Shown piece after piece: positions 30,376 to 40,378 of a stretch of 64,000 nt of DNA. Source of the stretch: an uncultured Armatimonadia bacterium (lineage in GTDB: Bacteria; Armatimonadota; Zipacnadia; Zipacnadales; UBA11051). Numbering within the stretch: position 1 is the stretch's first letter; each line of letters opens with the position of its first letter. The notes below the pieces were generated by a model. That model ran no database searches, was not told where the DNA came from, and was given only the letters and a program-made list of their open reading frames with translations. The translations under genes and the position numbers were made by a program. The stretch is taken from assembly GCA_964549395.1 (NCBI GenBank), contig CAZJVY010000001.1, positions 59,990-123,989 of the forward strand. The letters are read 5' to 3'.

Positions 30376-31179
30376 ATGGGCTTTGACGTAAAGCTGATTG
30401 CGACTGATTTGGATGGGACGCTGGTACACAACGCCAACGATATTTCCGAGGCGAATTTGGCGGCGGTCAAGGCCGCGGTGAGGGCCGGCATCGTCGTGTG
30501 CATAGCGACGGGCCGCAGCCACCGGTCGGCGGCAGGATTTGCGCGGCGGCTGGGGATCGAGGACAGCATCATCATCTCGTACAACGGCGCGATGGTGCGG
30601 GGGTGCAATGACGACCGTCCGCTGCATCACATCGCGGTCGCGCCGGAGAAGGCCGGGGCCATCGTTCGGCACAGCATGCAGAATGCGCGCTACCTGCACT
30701 ATTTCCTCAATAACACGCTATACGTGACGCACGTGAGCAATTGGGGGCGGCTCTATATGCGGCGGACAGGCGACGTGCCGGTGCCGGTGGGGGACTTGCG
30801 GCGCTTCGATGGGCAGTCACCCACCAAGCTACTGATCGCGGACCGGCCGGAGCTGATCGCGCAGGTACTGCCCGAGGAGCAGCGGCTGTGGAGCGGGGAG
30901 TTGTATGTCACCCACTCGTTGCCGGAATACATCGAGTATCTGAACGCTGAGGCGACAAAGGGCAATGCGCTGGCGTGGCTGGCGGAGCACCTCGGGATCG
31001 GCCTGGAGCACACGATGGCCCTGGGGGACCAACTCAACGATCTGCCCATGATTCAGCAGGCTGCAATAGGCGTGGCAATGCCGGATGCCTGCGAGGAAGT
31101 GCGGGAGGGCGCGGACTACGTGGCGACATCGGCGCTTGAAGGCGTTGCCGAGGCGATCCGGCGCTACACCGGTCTCTGA
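30376..31179 (+). CDS. Cof-type HAD-IIB phosphatase
   Basis: DLDGTL, ATGR, YNGA, KGNAL, GDQLND. Confidence 0.92.
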   Translation: MGFDVKLIATDLDGTLVHNANDISEANLAAVKAAVRAGIVVCIATGRSHRSAAGFARRLGIEDSIIISYNGAMVRGCNDDRPLHHIAVAPEKAGAIVRHSMQNARYLHYFLNNTLYVTHVSNWGRLYMRRTGDVPVPVGDLRRFDGQSPTKLLIADRPELIAQVLPEEQRLWSGELYVTHSLPEYIEYLNAEATKGNALAWLAEHLGIGLEHTMALGDQLNDLPMIQQAAIGVAMPDACEEVREGADYVATSALEGVAEAIRRYTGL

Positions 31180-31295
31180 CACGGAGCAGGGCAGCCGCAT
31201 TGTGCGTCGAAAGGTAACGTTGGCGCAGGATTCGAGCGCCGCAATGGTGGGATACCTGCTGGCAGACCGCGGGCATTTCGGGGGTGTGCCTGGAA

Positions 31296-32747
31296 ATGAC
31301 CAGACTCCGTGGAATTGGTGGGTTGTGTGCTGTCGTGCTGCTGCTGGGTTGCACACAGCGGGGGTGGGCGCTGAGCGGGGCGGACGTGCGCTCGCTTATC
31401 TTGCTGGAATGGCGGCCGGTCACCGATATCGTGGTGGAGAAGGCTGAATGGCTGGCAGACGGGACGAGGGTGGCCGTCGGTGGGTGGACACGCTGGCCCG
31501 ATCAGTGCGCCGTGGGGGTGTATCCGGTCGGCGATGGGACGATGCAACTTTGCCCCGGTGCCGCATCGCCGCACTTCGCCGTTTCGCCCGATGGGGTGAA
31601 GGTCGCGTACTGGCGCGAAGTGCCTGTAGAAGCGGGCGGCGCCGCTGAGCTGAGTGTCCTCGACGTCTCCGGGCCCGTCATCTCGACGCTGGGCGCTCCC
31701 CGGAGCAAGAACGCCGGCATGCACCTGGGGTGGCTCTCGGATCAGCAGATTCTGTTCACCTTCCAGCGGTCAGACTACCGCAGCGGTGCGCTGTTCATCG
31801 CCGACCTGCGGGGTGGAGCGCCCATCGAGCTGCTGAGGAAGGATGACGGCGTGTGGCAGGGGTTGCGACCGGTGATGGGGCCTGCCATCATCGCCGAGTT
31901 CCTGTCGGAGACGGGCGTGACGCGCTATCACGTGTCTCTGACACCATCGGGCCAGCCATCCGTCACGCCGGCAAACCCGTCGCAGATCGCGACGGAACCC
32001 GCATCGTTCGAGTTGGAGCAGAACGGTCAGTTGGTATACAACAAGTCAGCGGCGGAGGGAGTCATTGTTGACAAGGGTGTGGGCGGGCTGTGCATGTCGC
32101 CGGACCGCAGTGCGGTGCTCTACACAAAGGGCCGCGACCTGATGGCGGCAGGCTCGGGTGAGCCGAGAGGCCGGCAACTGAAGCACCTTGAAGACGGCGC
32201 CTACGCCTTGGCGGGATGCAGTTGGTCGCCAGGCACCTCCAGCATCTGTGCGTGGGGGAAGGCCGGCAATACAGGCAAGCTGTGGTACGGTGTGCTGGGC
32301 ACGGAGACGGTAACGTGTCGCTTCGAGTTCGGGCCGCAGTCGGGCATCAGCCCCGGGAACAAGCTCTGGGTGGCGGCGCGGTTCTATCTGGACGAGAAGG
32401 GGGACGTGAGGGAGCCGGACTGGACCACGCTGAAGGGTGCATTTGTGGTTACGCGGGTGCTGCGGGGCACCGACAGGGTGATCGTGGAGGCGGAAAGCCT
32501 TGGGTCGCAGACCGGCATCGTAGCGCGAATGACCGGAAGTGACAATCCGCCCGAGGCGAAGAGCAGTGCCAGCCATATCCGCATCGGGGTGAACGCCCAG
32601 CAGCCCGCACAGTGGATGTACAGCTTCGTCGCCGAGGTCCTACCCGACCGGGCAGGATGGCTGGAGAACAGCACGGAAGTGGGGAAGCCGCTCACCATCG
32701 CCGTTACGCGACAGGTATTAATGCCGTTGGGTCCGCAGCCTCAGTAA
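31296..32747 (+). CDS. Secreted/lipoprotein with TolB-like beta-propeller repeats and an unknown C-terminal domain
   Basis: Signal peptide with LLGC; repeated W/VSPDG, WLAD and WSPG blade motifs. Confidence 0.65.
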   Translation: MTRLRGIGGLCAVVLLLGCTQRGWALSGADVRSLILLEWRPVTDIVVEKAEWLADGTRVAVGGWTRWPDQCAVGVYPVGDGTMQLCPGAASPHFAVSPDGVKVAYWREVPVEAGGAAELSVLDVSGPVISTLGAPRSKNAGMHLGWLSDQQILFTFQRSDYRSGALFIADLRGGAPIELLRKDDGVWQGLRPVMGPAIIAEFLSETGVTRYHVSLTPSGQPSVTPANPSQIATEPASFELEQNGQLVYNKSAAEGVIVDKGVGGLCMSPDRSAVLYTKGRDLMAAGSGEPRGRQLKHLEDGAYALAGCSWSPGTSSICAWGKAGNTGKLWYGVLGTETVTCRFEFGPQSGISPGNKLWVAARFYLDEKGDVREPDWTTLKGAFVVTRVLRGTDRVIVEAESLGSQTGIVARMTGSDNPPEAKSSASHIRIGVNAQQPAQWMYSFVAEVLPDRAGWLENSTEVGKPLTIAVTRQVLMPLGPQPQ

Positions 32748-32771
32748 GCGACTACGCCAGGAGCGACACGC

Positions 32772-33761
32772 ATGGTCAGGCAACTACCGTCTGTTACACT
32801 AAAATCCGGCGAGACGGCCGAGATCTTCAAGGTCACCGGCCCGGAGCCGGAATGGGAGGAGAGGCTGCTATCGCGGCTGTCACACAAGGGAAGGCTGTGG
32901 GACAGGCCGATGCAGCAGGCACTACGGGGCGGCCTGCCGGGGATGAAGATGCACTTTTACCAGATGCGCCTGGATGACCATGCGGTGGGCAACATCACCG
33001 TAGTGGAGGCGTTGGAGCGGCCTGTGGCCTTGCTGCAGCATGTGTTCACAGACCCGGAGCATCGCCGGAAGGGCATCTGCAACCACTTGATGACGCTGGT
33101 GACGGATGATTTCGTGGCGGCCGGTGGGCGTGCGATGTACCTTGGAACGGAGTACGAAGGCCCGGCTTTTCGGATCTACCAGGAGTTCGGCTTCCGGGCC
33201 ATCGGCGAGGGCGGAGCCATGGTGTGGGCGCCGGATGACGGATACCCCGACAGCTTCTTCGTGCAGGGACCGGTGCAAGTGAGACCGGCGCAGTGGGGCG
33301 ATTGGCCCCTTCTGACCGCGCTCTATCAGCGTGAAGAGGGCTGGGATCTGCGAGGCTACATCCTCGGCCACTTCGGACACAGCTCATATGAAAGCGCATT
33401 CTGCAGGGTGGAGGAGCTAATCGAGGCGGGTAAGGCGGAGCAGTCTACGGTGCTACAGATCGAGGAGACCGGCGCCGTCGCGGGACACGCGTTCCTGGGG
33501 AAGGATGAGAAATGGCCTGACGGGCCGTGGGTTCTGGATTTCTTCGTGCATCCGCTCTTCACCGAGCGGACTGGTGAACTGCTGCAGGCCATCGAGTTCC
33601 CGGCAGGTCGCAAGGTGCAGGCATACTGCGATGAGGCCGCTGAGGACCGCGCGGAGGCGTTACGGGGGGCTGGGTTCAGCCTGGAGGCAACGCTTCGCGG
33701 GCAGTACAGCACCAAGGACGGCAGGCTGGTAAATGTACACGTTTACGCAAGGCAGGGGTGA
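32772..33761 (+). CDS. Tandem-domain GNAT N-acetyltransferase
   Basis: VFTDPEHRRKGI acetyl-CoA motif, A..IY..FGF, and a second degenerate GNAT domain. Confidence 0.8.
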   Translation: MVRQLPSVTLKSGETAEIFKVTGPEPEWEERLLSRLSHKGRLWDRPMQQALRGGLPGMKMHFYQMRLDDHAVGNITVVEALERPVALLQHVFTDPEHRRKGICNHLMTLVTDDFVAAGGRAMYLGTEYEGPAFRIYQEFGFRAIGEGGAMVWAPDDGYPDSFFVQGPVQVRPAQWGDWPLLTALYQREEGWDLRGYILGHFGHSSYESAFCRVEELIEAGKAEQSTVLQIEETGAVAGHAFLGKDEKWPDGPWVLDFFVHPLFTERTGELLQAIEFPAGRKVQAYCDEAAEDRAEALRGAGFSLEATLRGQYSTKDGRLVNVHVYARQG

Positions 33762-33771
33762 GAGTCGGCAC

Positions 33772-35199
33772 ATGAATCTGGTACTGATTGTCAGCGACAC
33801 GTTAAGATGGGACTATCTCGGCTTCTATGGCAACGAATGGATCGAGACACCGAATCTGGATAGCCTGGCATCGGAGAGCGCGATCTTCGTTGAGGCATAC
33901 GCCGAGGGACTGCCGACTCTTCCGGCCAGACGGTCCATTTTGACGGGGCGCGTCGTGTCGCCGGCGCGGTACATCAGGCAGCTCAGCGATGCGGTACAGA
34001 ACTACGGGTGGCATCCGCTATTCGATCAGGACGTGACTGCCGCCGAATGGCTCCAGACGAAGGGGTACTGCAGCGGCTTTGTGACGGACGTGTATCACAT
34101 GATGAAGCCGGGGAAGAACTACCATCGGGGGTTCGACTACTGGGAGTGGATACGCGGGCAGGAAGGGGACATGTATGCCCTGCGGGACAAGAAGCAAGTA
34201 TGGGATATGCTGGAGCAGACCACTTGTGGTGCCGAGAGCATGGGGGAGGACCACTGGGCCGTCCAGCACCTGATGCTGCGGCAGGACTGGCAGAGCGATG
34301 CGGATACATCGGTGGCCCGGGTGATGAACACTGCCGCCCGCTGGCTAGAGAACTACACACTGGACAAGCCGTTCTTTCTGTACGTGGACTGCTTCGACCC
34401 GCACGAACCGTGGGATCCGCCGGCGGAGTACGCGGAGGCATACTATGCCGACTATCACGGCTACTACGGAGTCTGCCCGCCTGGGTCGGTCAGTGACGTG
34501 ACGGATGAGCAGTTCGAGTGCATCAAGGCGGCGTATGCAGGCGAGGTCACGCTGGTTGACGCCTGGGTCGGTCACCTGCTGGCGACGCTGGCTGAAGAAG
34601 ACTTGATGGATGATACGCTGATCGTCTTCACCTCGGATCACGGAACCATGATGGGGGAGCAGGGGGAGCTTCACAAGGGGGAGAGCCGCCTGCGCAACCA
34701 GTGCACGCGAGTGCCGCTGCTCATCAGGCATCCCGGAGGGGAGTTGGCCGGCGAGGAGATCGAGGGCCTTGTTCAGCATCACGACATACTGCCTACGGCC
34801 CTCGGTGTAATGGGCCTGGATGTGCCGCAACGGGCGACAGGCAGCAACATATGGCCCATGGCGCTGGGGGAGCAGGAGCCGGAACGGGACAGCGTGTTCA
34901 TCGGCTGGAGTCGCTACTGCAGCGTGCGGACGAGGGACTGGAATCTCGTCATACCATTGTGGGAGGAATTCCTGGGAGATGCGGAGCCGGTCCGCGAGCT
35001 GTACGACTTGCGGAACGACCCGGAGGAGCTGACGAACGTGATTGAGGATCATGCCGATGTCGCCCGCGAGCTGGCCGAACTGGCCCAGTCGTACATAGAG
35101 CGGCAGGGTCCGCTGACAGTCGGCACGATCCAGGATGTGGACCCGAGGATGGGCCAGGATGTGCGGATAACGTTCGACGCCTTGCCGCCGCAGAGGTAG
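33772..35199 (+). CDS. Sulfatase-like alkaline-phosphatase-superfamily hydrolase (Thr at nucleophile site)
   Basis: SDTLR, PTLPARRSILTG, DPHEPWDPP, TSDHG, ELYDL..DP.E. Confidence 0.88.
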   Translation: MNLVLIVSDTLRWDYLGFYGNEWIETPNLDSLASESAIFVEAYAEGLPTLPARRSILTGRVVSPARYIRQLSDAVQNYGWHPLFDQDVTAAEWLQTKGYCSGFVTDVYHMMKPGKNYHRGFDYWEWIRGQEGDMYALRDKKQVWDMLEQTTCGAESMGEDHWAVQHLMLRQDWQSDADTSVARVMNTAARWLENYTLDKPFFLYVDCFDPHEPWDPPAEYAEAYYADYHGYYGVCPPGSVSDVTDEQFECIKAAYAGEVTLVDAWVGHLLATLAEEDLMDDTLIVFTSDHGTMMGEQGELHKGESRLRNQCTRVPLLIRHPGGELAGEEIEGLVQHHDILPTALGVMGLDVPQRATGSNIWPMALGEQEPERDSVFIGWSRYCSVRTRDWNLVIPLWEEFLGDAEPVRELYDLRNDPEELTNVIEDHADVARELAELAQSYIERQGPLTVGTIQDVDPRMGQDVRITFDALPPQR

Positions 35200-35206
35200 T
35201 GTTCGC

Positions 35207-36484
35207 CTAGGTGGATTCGTGGCCGTCGGAGGGGGCTATGGACTGCGGGATGTCACCTTGCGCTGTATGGCGGCCCAGGCCTGCGAAGTAGCTGCCAGCG
35301 CCGAAGATGATGAAGCCGAGCGAGGCGACGGTCAAACCGACGCGAAGGTCACCGGTCACTTGCCCTAGTTGCCCGACCATGTTGATGACACCGGCGTTCA
35401 TCACCCCGCAGACGATGAGTGCAGCCGCGAGCCACGAGGCGAAATCCTCGCCGGCTCGTGAGGCAAGCTCGGATAGCATCGCCGGCCACTCCAATGACCA
35501 GAACAGCGCGCCCAGGGGCAGGCAGATGCAGAGCAGGAGGGGATGGCCGGACCATAGGCCGGTCAGTAGCAGAGCGGTCCCGATAGGCCCGGGCAGCACG
35601 AGCAGGGCCCGCTGCAGTACGCCCTCGGGCGCCAGCGCCAGCGTTGAGCGCGAAAGTAGATAGGCGGCAGCCATCAGTGACATGACCGTTCCGGGGGCAA
35701 GCGGCAGGCGGCCGATCTGCGTTCCCATCATCTTCGGATACCAGGTACACAGGCCGCCGTCGGCGCTGGCGTGGAAGCCCATCAGGACAAAGATCCCGAG
35801 CGTTGACGGCCGGGTGAGGGTGTGCCAGTGTATGCGCCCTGTTTCGCGGGCGTCTGCGGCCTCGGGGGTGCCACGCAACATGGCCAGCAGCCACAGCGGC
35901 ATGATCGCCACGGCACAGCCGACGACCAGGAACGGAATGTGAAGGACCCAGGCAAAGCTGCGCCCCGTGCCGTCGGATGTCACTATGCCCAACAGGTACT
36001 GGGCCAGCAACGGGTACAGCAGGCCGGGGATGGCACTGGAGAGCAGGCTTACCGTCAACATGCGGCGTCTGAGCGCCGGGTATATGCGAACCAGAAAAGC
36101 GGGCACGCTGATGCCCAGAGAGGCGCTGAAGAGGGCGAGAAACAGAAGCGCAGGGGCGAACAGGAACAGGCTGCGGCTGACCCCCAGAAGCAGATAGCCG
36201 ATGCCACTGCCCCAGAGAGCGACGAACAGCACGCGGCGCAGGCCCCATAGTTGCGTCAAAGGGCCGACGAGCATCAGTGAAATCAGCGAGCCGACAGTGC
36301 CGACGGCCAGCAGCATGCCGAGTTGCCCGTAGTCCAGACCGAAGTGTTTCTGGAGGCCATCGGCAAACACGGGCATGGCGCCAGCGGTGTATGATGCAAT
36401 GATGGTCGTCGCGAGGACCGAGATGGTGATGCCCAAGCGGGCGTCTTTGGCGGCGGAGGCCGCCTGGGCTTGATTGTCTTGCAT
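35207..36484 (-). CDS. MFS transporter
   Basis: About 12 hydrophobic segments; G.....WG.RR loop motif. Confidence 0.85.
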   Translation of the reverse strand: MQDNQAQAASAAKDARLGITISVLATTIIASYTAGAMPVFADGLQKHFGLDYGQLGMLLAVGTVGSLISLMLVGPLTQLWGLRRVLFVALWGSGIGYLLLGVSRSLFLFAPALLFLALFSASLGISVPAFLVRIYPALRRRMLTVSLLSSAIPGLLYPLLAQYLLGIVTSDGTGRSFAWVLHIPFLVVGCAVAIMPLWLLAMLRGTPEAADARETGRIHWHTLTRPSTLGIFVLMGFHASADGGLCTWYPKMMGTQIGRLPLAPGTVMSLMAAAYLLSRSTLALAPEGVLQRALLVLPGPIGTALLLTGLWSGHPLLLCICLPLGALFWSLEWPAMLSELASRAGEDFASWLAAALIVCGVMNAGVINMVGQLGQVTGDLRVGLTVASLGFIIFGAGSYFAGLGRHTAQGDIPQSIAPSDGHEST

Positions 36485-36573
36485 TATGTGCAGGCTCCGT
36501 GGCTTGGGATCGGCCTCCTATATTGACCGGAGAGAGGCAAATGACCTTCCTTGCGCCAAGGCAGGCGGCTTGC

Positions 36574-36602
36574 TTGACAAGGAGGCAGTGCGCTGCTATG
36601 TT
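36574..36602 (+). promoter_or_regulatory. sigma70-type promoter for the dxr operon
   Basis: TTGACA-17 bp-TATGTT with a TGn extension. Confidence 0.8.
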
Positions 36603-36642
36603 TGAGGGCCATTGGCATTCCAGGCAGAGCAGGGAGTAAATG

Positions 36643-37797
36643 ATGGGCAGGAAGCGCATATTGCTGCTGGGGTCGACCGGCTCCATCGGCACGCAGACAC
36701 TGGATGTGGTAGAGCGTCACCGGCAGCTTTTTGAGGTGGTGGGGCTGGCGGCGCGGGCCGACCTTCAAACGCTTGCAGATCAGGCCGAACAGACGGGCGC
36801 CCGGTGCCTGGGCTTGTCCAATGAGAGCGCGGCAGAGAAGCTTTGCGGCTTGATGCAAGGTGTAGAGGTCTTCGCGGGGCCGGCCGGCCTGGTGGAGATG
36901 ATTGCGGCCTGCGAGCCGGACCTGGTGGTCGGAGCGATATCGGGATTTGCGGGCCTGCCGAGCCTGATAGCTGCACTTGAGGCCGGGGTGAATGTCGCGC
37001 TGGCGAATAAGGAGCCGCTGGTGGCCGCTGGGGAGCTGGTGATGGATGCGGCACGACGCGGCGGGGCTGAAGTCATCCCGATAGACAGCGAGCTTTCGGC
37101 CATTTTCCAGTGCCTCAAGGGCGAAGAGCGCAAGGACATCGCGCGCATCATGCTGACAGCGTCCGGCGGGCCGTTTGCGAATGTGCCGGCGGAGAAGCTC
37201 GGCGAGGTAACCGCCGAACAGGCGCTTGCTCACCCCAACTGGCGAATGGGGAAGAAGGTGACGATCGACTCGGCGACTCTGGCCAACAAGGGTTTCGAAA
37301 TATTTGAGACGCGCTGGCTGTTTGGTGTATCATTTGACCAGGTGCAAGTGGTCGTTCATCACCAGAGCATCATCCATTCCCTGGTGGAGTTCTGCGACAC
37401 GTCGGTCATTGCCCAGGTGGGCCGGCCGGACATGCGCGTACCCATTCAGTATGCTCTCAGTTACCCCGAGCGCCTGGGAAGCGACCTGAAGCCGCTTGAC
37501 ATGGTGGAGGCGGGGCCGCTTACGTTCGCCGAACCGGACACGGAGAAGTTCCCTTGCCTGCGGCTGGCTCGCGAGGCCGGTGAAGCAGGCGGCGGCTATC
37601 CCGTGGTGCTGGCGGGAGCGGATGAGGCGGCTGTCGCGCTGTTCCTGGAGGGGCGGATCCGCTTCACTGACATACCGCGCTGCATCGAGGGGGCGCTGAG
37701 TGCCTTCGATGGTAACCCCGCGCACACGCTGGAAGAGATCGAGCGTCTGAACGACTGGGCATTTGAGTACGTCACGGGGAAGGCGACAGGTTGCTAG
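36643..37797 (+). CDS. dxr: 1-deoxy-D-xylulose 5-phosphate reductoisomerase
   Basis: LGSTGSIG, LANKE, PIDSE, LTASGGP, HPNW.MG.K.TIDSAT..NK.FE. Confidence 0.97.
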   Translation: MGRKRILLLGSTGSIGTQTLDVVERHRQLFEVVGLAARADLQTLADQAEQTGARCLGLSNESAAEKLCGLMQGVEVFAGPAGLVEMIAACEPDLVVGAISGFAGLPSLIAALEAGVNVALANKEPLVAAGELVMDAARRGGAEVIPIDSELSAIFQCLKGEERKDIARIMLTASGGPFANVPAEKLGEVTAEQALAHPNWRMGKKVTIDSATLANKGFEIFETRWLFGVSFDQVQVVVHHQSIIHSLVEFCDTSVIAQVGRPDMRVPIQYALSYPERLGSDLKPLDMVEAGPLTFAEPDTEKFPCLRLAREAGEAGGGYPVVLAGADEAAVALFLEGRIRFTDIPRCIEGALSAFDGNPAHTLEEIERLNDWAFEYVTGKATGC

Positions 37798-37813
37798 TGT
37801 GGAGTGTTGATGA

Positions 37814-39223
37814 ATGGAATTAGAGGCGTTGCTGTCCACTTTGAATGAGATTGCAGCAGTCGTGGTGGTACTGGGGCTTTGCTTGTATTTCCACGAGGCA
37901 GGTCACTTCATCGCTGCAAAGGCCTTCGGGTGCAAGGTTCATGACTTCGCGTTTGGGTTCGGGCCTTCGCTGGTTGCCAAGCGGCTAGGCGGCACCACCT
38001 ACAGGCTGAATGCGGTTCCGTTCGGCGGTTACGTACGCATTGCCGGCATGGAGCCTGGTGCGGAAGCTGTGGAGGGAGGCTTCCACTCGATTCCCCGCTA
38101 CCAGTCCGCAATCATCCTCTTCTCGGGCGTAGCCATGAACGTGGTACTGGCCGTCATCATGTTTACGATAGTGGCGCTGTGGACCGGTGTGGGGGACCCG
38201 AGTGATGATAGCATCACCATCGGCAAGGTTGTTTCCGGTTCGCCGGCGGAGCAGGGGGGACTTCTGCCTGGCGACAGGATTGTCGCTATCGAGCACTCCA
38301 GAGACTCTCTGGCCATAGAGAGTGTGAAAAGCGGTGGCGCAGCGTCGCGGGCGGGTCTGAAGGCCGGCATGGTCATCAGCGCCGTCGAGGGGCGCCCGGT
38401 ATATGTGCCGATTTCCGTGTACGAAGGAGCCGTCAAGAGCCAGGAGGGCAGGGTGGAGATTGCGGCGCTAGACTACACCGCTGCCACTCTGGCGGACCAG
38501 CAGACAATCATCCGCTTGCCCCGCCCGAAATCCGAGCAAGAGCCCAAACCCGAACGGACCATCCAGCTCCTGGAGGAAGCGTGGGGAATCACGTTCGCGA
38601 AGCTGGACACGACCGCTGTGGTGGGCGCGATCACGATGCGGCCGAATCAGCCGGTGGACTTCACGGTGCTCCGCCAGGGGGCTGAAACGGATGTTACCGT
38701 GACCCCTGAAGCCGAATGGGCGCGCTACCCGATCCGTGATCGGTCGGGCACGATCAAGGCCCCCCACGTACAGATTGGCCGCATTGGGGTTGTGCTGGAG
38801 GCAGCGCGGCGGCGGGTGGGCTTTGGCGAGGCGCTGGTAGTAGGAAGCGTGGGCTCGTACGGCGCTGTGAGGATGGTCGTTGAGAGTCTCGTGTTGTGGA
38901 TTACCAAGCAGGTGCAATCTCCAGCCGGGGGACCTGTGGCGATAATGGCCATGAGTGCGGAACAGGTGAAGGCCGGGTGGGACGCCGTGTTCAGATGGGT
39001 CGGCATTATCAGCGCGAACCTGGCGGTAATCAACATGTTGCCGTTTCCGCCGTTTGACGGGTTCCGGCTGGTGTTGATCGGCTGGGAGGGCATGATCAGG
39101 CGGCGGATTGACGCGGAAAAGGAGCTGGTGATGACGCTGGCCGGCTTCATCGTCATCGTCATCTCTCTTCTGATTCTTACCTCGCGCGACATTCTCAATA
39201 TCGTCAGGTATGGCACGCCTTGA
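37814..39223 (+). CDS. rseP: Site-2 intramembrane Zn metalloprotease RseP/RasP with PDZ domains
   Basis: HEAGH, GGYVRIAG, two PDZ-like segments, NMLPFPPFDG; dxr-rseP-ispG synteny. Confidence 0.93.
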   Translation: MELEALLSTLNEIAAVVVVLGLCLYFHEAGHFIAAKAFGCKVHDFAFGFGPSLVAKRLGGTTYRLNAVPFGGYVRIAGMEPGAEAVEGGFHSIPRYQSAIILFSGVAMNVVLAVIMFTIVALWTGVGDPSDDSITIGKVVSGSPAEQGGLLPGDRIVAIEHSRDSLAIESVKSGGAASRAGLKAGMVISAVEGRPVYVPISVYEGAVKSQEGRVEIAALDYTAATLADQQTIIRLPRPKSEQEPKPERTIQLLEEAWGITFAKLDTTAVVGAITMRPNQPVDFTVLRQGAETDVTVTPEAEWARYPIRDRSGTIKAPHVQIGRIGVVLEAARRRVGFGEALVVGSVGSYGAVRMVVESLVLWITKQVQSPAGGPVAIMAMSAEQVKAGWDAVFRWVGIISANLAVINMLPFPPFDGFRLVLIGWEGMIRRRIDAEKELVMTLAGFIVIVISLLILTSRDILNIVRYGTP

Positions 39224-39237
39224 GGCGGGATGAGGGC

Positions 39238-40317
39238 ATGGGCGCAAGCCTTGAGCGCCGAGAAACCACGCAGGTGCGCGTAGGGGCTGTGTGCATAGGC
39301 GGCGGCGCACCGGTCAGCGTGCAGACCATGACGAACACGGACACCTGCGATGTGGAGGCAACGCTGGCGCAGATTCGGTCTGCGGTTGGCGCGGGTGCCG
39401 ATATCGTCCGCGTTGCAGTCCCCGATGCGCAGGCGGCGGCTGCGCTGCGGGAGATTGTGCCGGCTGCAGGGGTCCCGGTAGTGGCCGACATACATTTCGA
39501 TCACAGGCTGGCGATTGCAGCGGCCGAGGCCGGGGCGCACAAGCTGCGCATCAACCCGGGCAATATCGGCGATGATGCACGGCTGCGGGCAGTCGTCGAA
39601 ACGGCCGCTGAGCAGGGCATACCGATCCGGATAGGCGTCAACTCGGGGTCGCTGGAGAAGGACCTACTCAGCAAGTACGGTCATCCTACGGCGGAGGCTC
39701 TGGCCGAGAGCGCTGTGCGGAACGTGGAGCGCGTGCGAGGCATGTCGTTTGAGGACTTGGTGGTGTCAATCAAGGCACCGGATGTGGCGACGACGATGGC
39801 GGCGAATCGGGCCTTTGCAGAGCGATCCGACATCCCGTTGCACCTGGGCATTACGGAGGCGGGGATAGGACGTGCGGCGGTCGTGTACTCCGCCGTCGGC
39901 ATCGGAGCTCTGCTGGCGGAGGGGATAGGTGACACGATCCGGGTGTCGCTGACCGGCGGAGTGGTTGAGGAGGTGCTGGTGGGGCGCGAGATACTGCTGT
40001 CATTGGGGCTGGCGGCAGGCCCACGGCTTATCTCCTGCCCGACGTGTGCGCGGTGCAAGGTTGATCTGCCCGCACTGGCGGGGGAGGTGGAGGAGTCGCT
40101 GGCGGGCATTGATGAACCGCTGGTGGTGGCGGTGATGGGATGCGAGGTCAACGGCCCCGGTGAGGCGAGGGAGGCCGATGTCGGCCTGGCCGCCGGCGCG
40201 GGGCGAGTGGCACTATTCCGCAAAGGCGAGATCGTGCGCACGGTGGAAGCATCGGCGGCACTGGAAGCATTGCGCGAGTTGATTGCGGAGGCAGCGGCAA
40301 CGTTCGCCGAGCGGTGA
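39238..40317 (+). CDS. ispG: (E)-4-hydroxy-3-methylbut-2-enyl-diphosphate synthase
   Basis: VQTMTNT, ADIHFD, RINPGN, RIGVNSGS, HLGITEAG, CPTC..C, MGCEVNGPGE. Confidence 0.97.
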   Translation: MGASLERRETTQVRVGAVCIGGGAPVSVQTMTNTDTCDVEATLAQIRSAVGAGADIVRVAVPDAQAAAALREIVPAAGVPVVADIHFDHRLAIAAAEAGAHKLRINPGNIGDDARLRAVVETAAEQGIPIRIGVNSGSLEKDLLSKYGHPTAEALAESAVRNVERVRGMSFEDLVVSIKAPDVATTMAANRAFAERSDIPLHLGITEAGIGRAAVVYSAVGIGALLAEGIGDTIRVSLTGGVVEEVLVGREILLSLGLAAGPRLISCPTCARCKVDLPALAGEVEESLAGIDEPLVVAVMGCEVNGPGEAREADVGLAAGAGRVALFRKGEIVRTVEASAALEALRELIAEAAATFAER

Positions 40318-40378
40318 GGTTCCGCTTCCTGAGCATGAGCCGGCGGTGATTTGCTGCAACGAGAAAGGTTGTGAGTGA

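Noticed and set aside
35349-36692. 447-aa minus-strand ORF overlapping the MFS gene
   Set aside because: Alternative frame, Arg/Pro-rich; the MFS frame has the coherent TM pattern.
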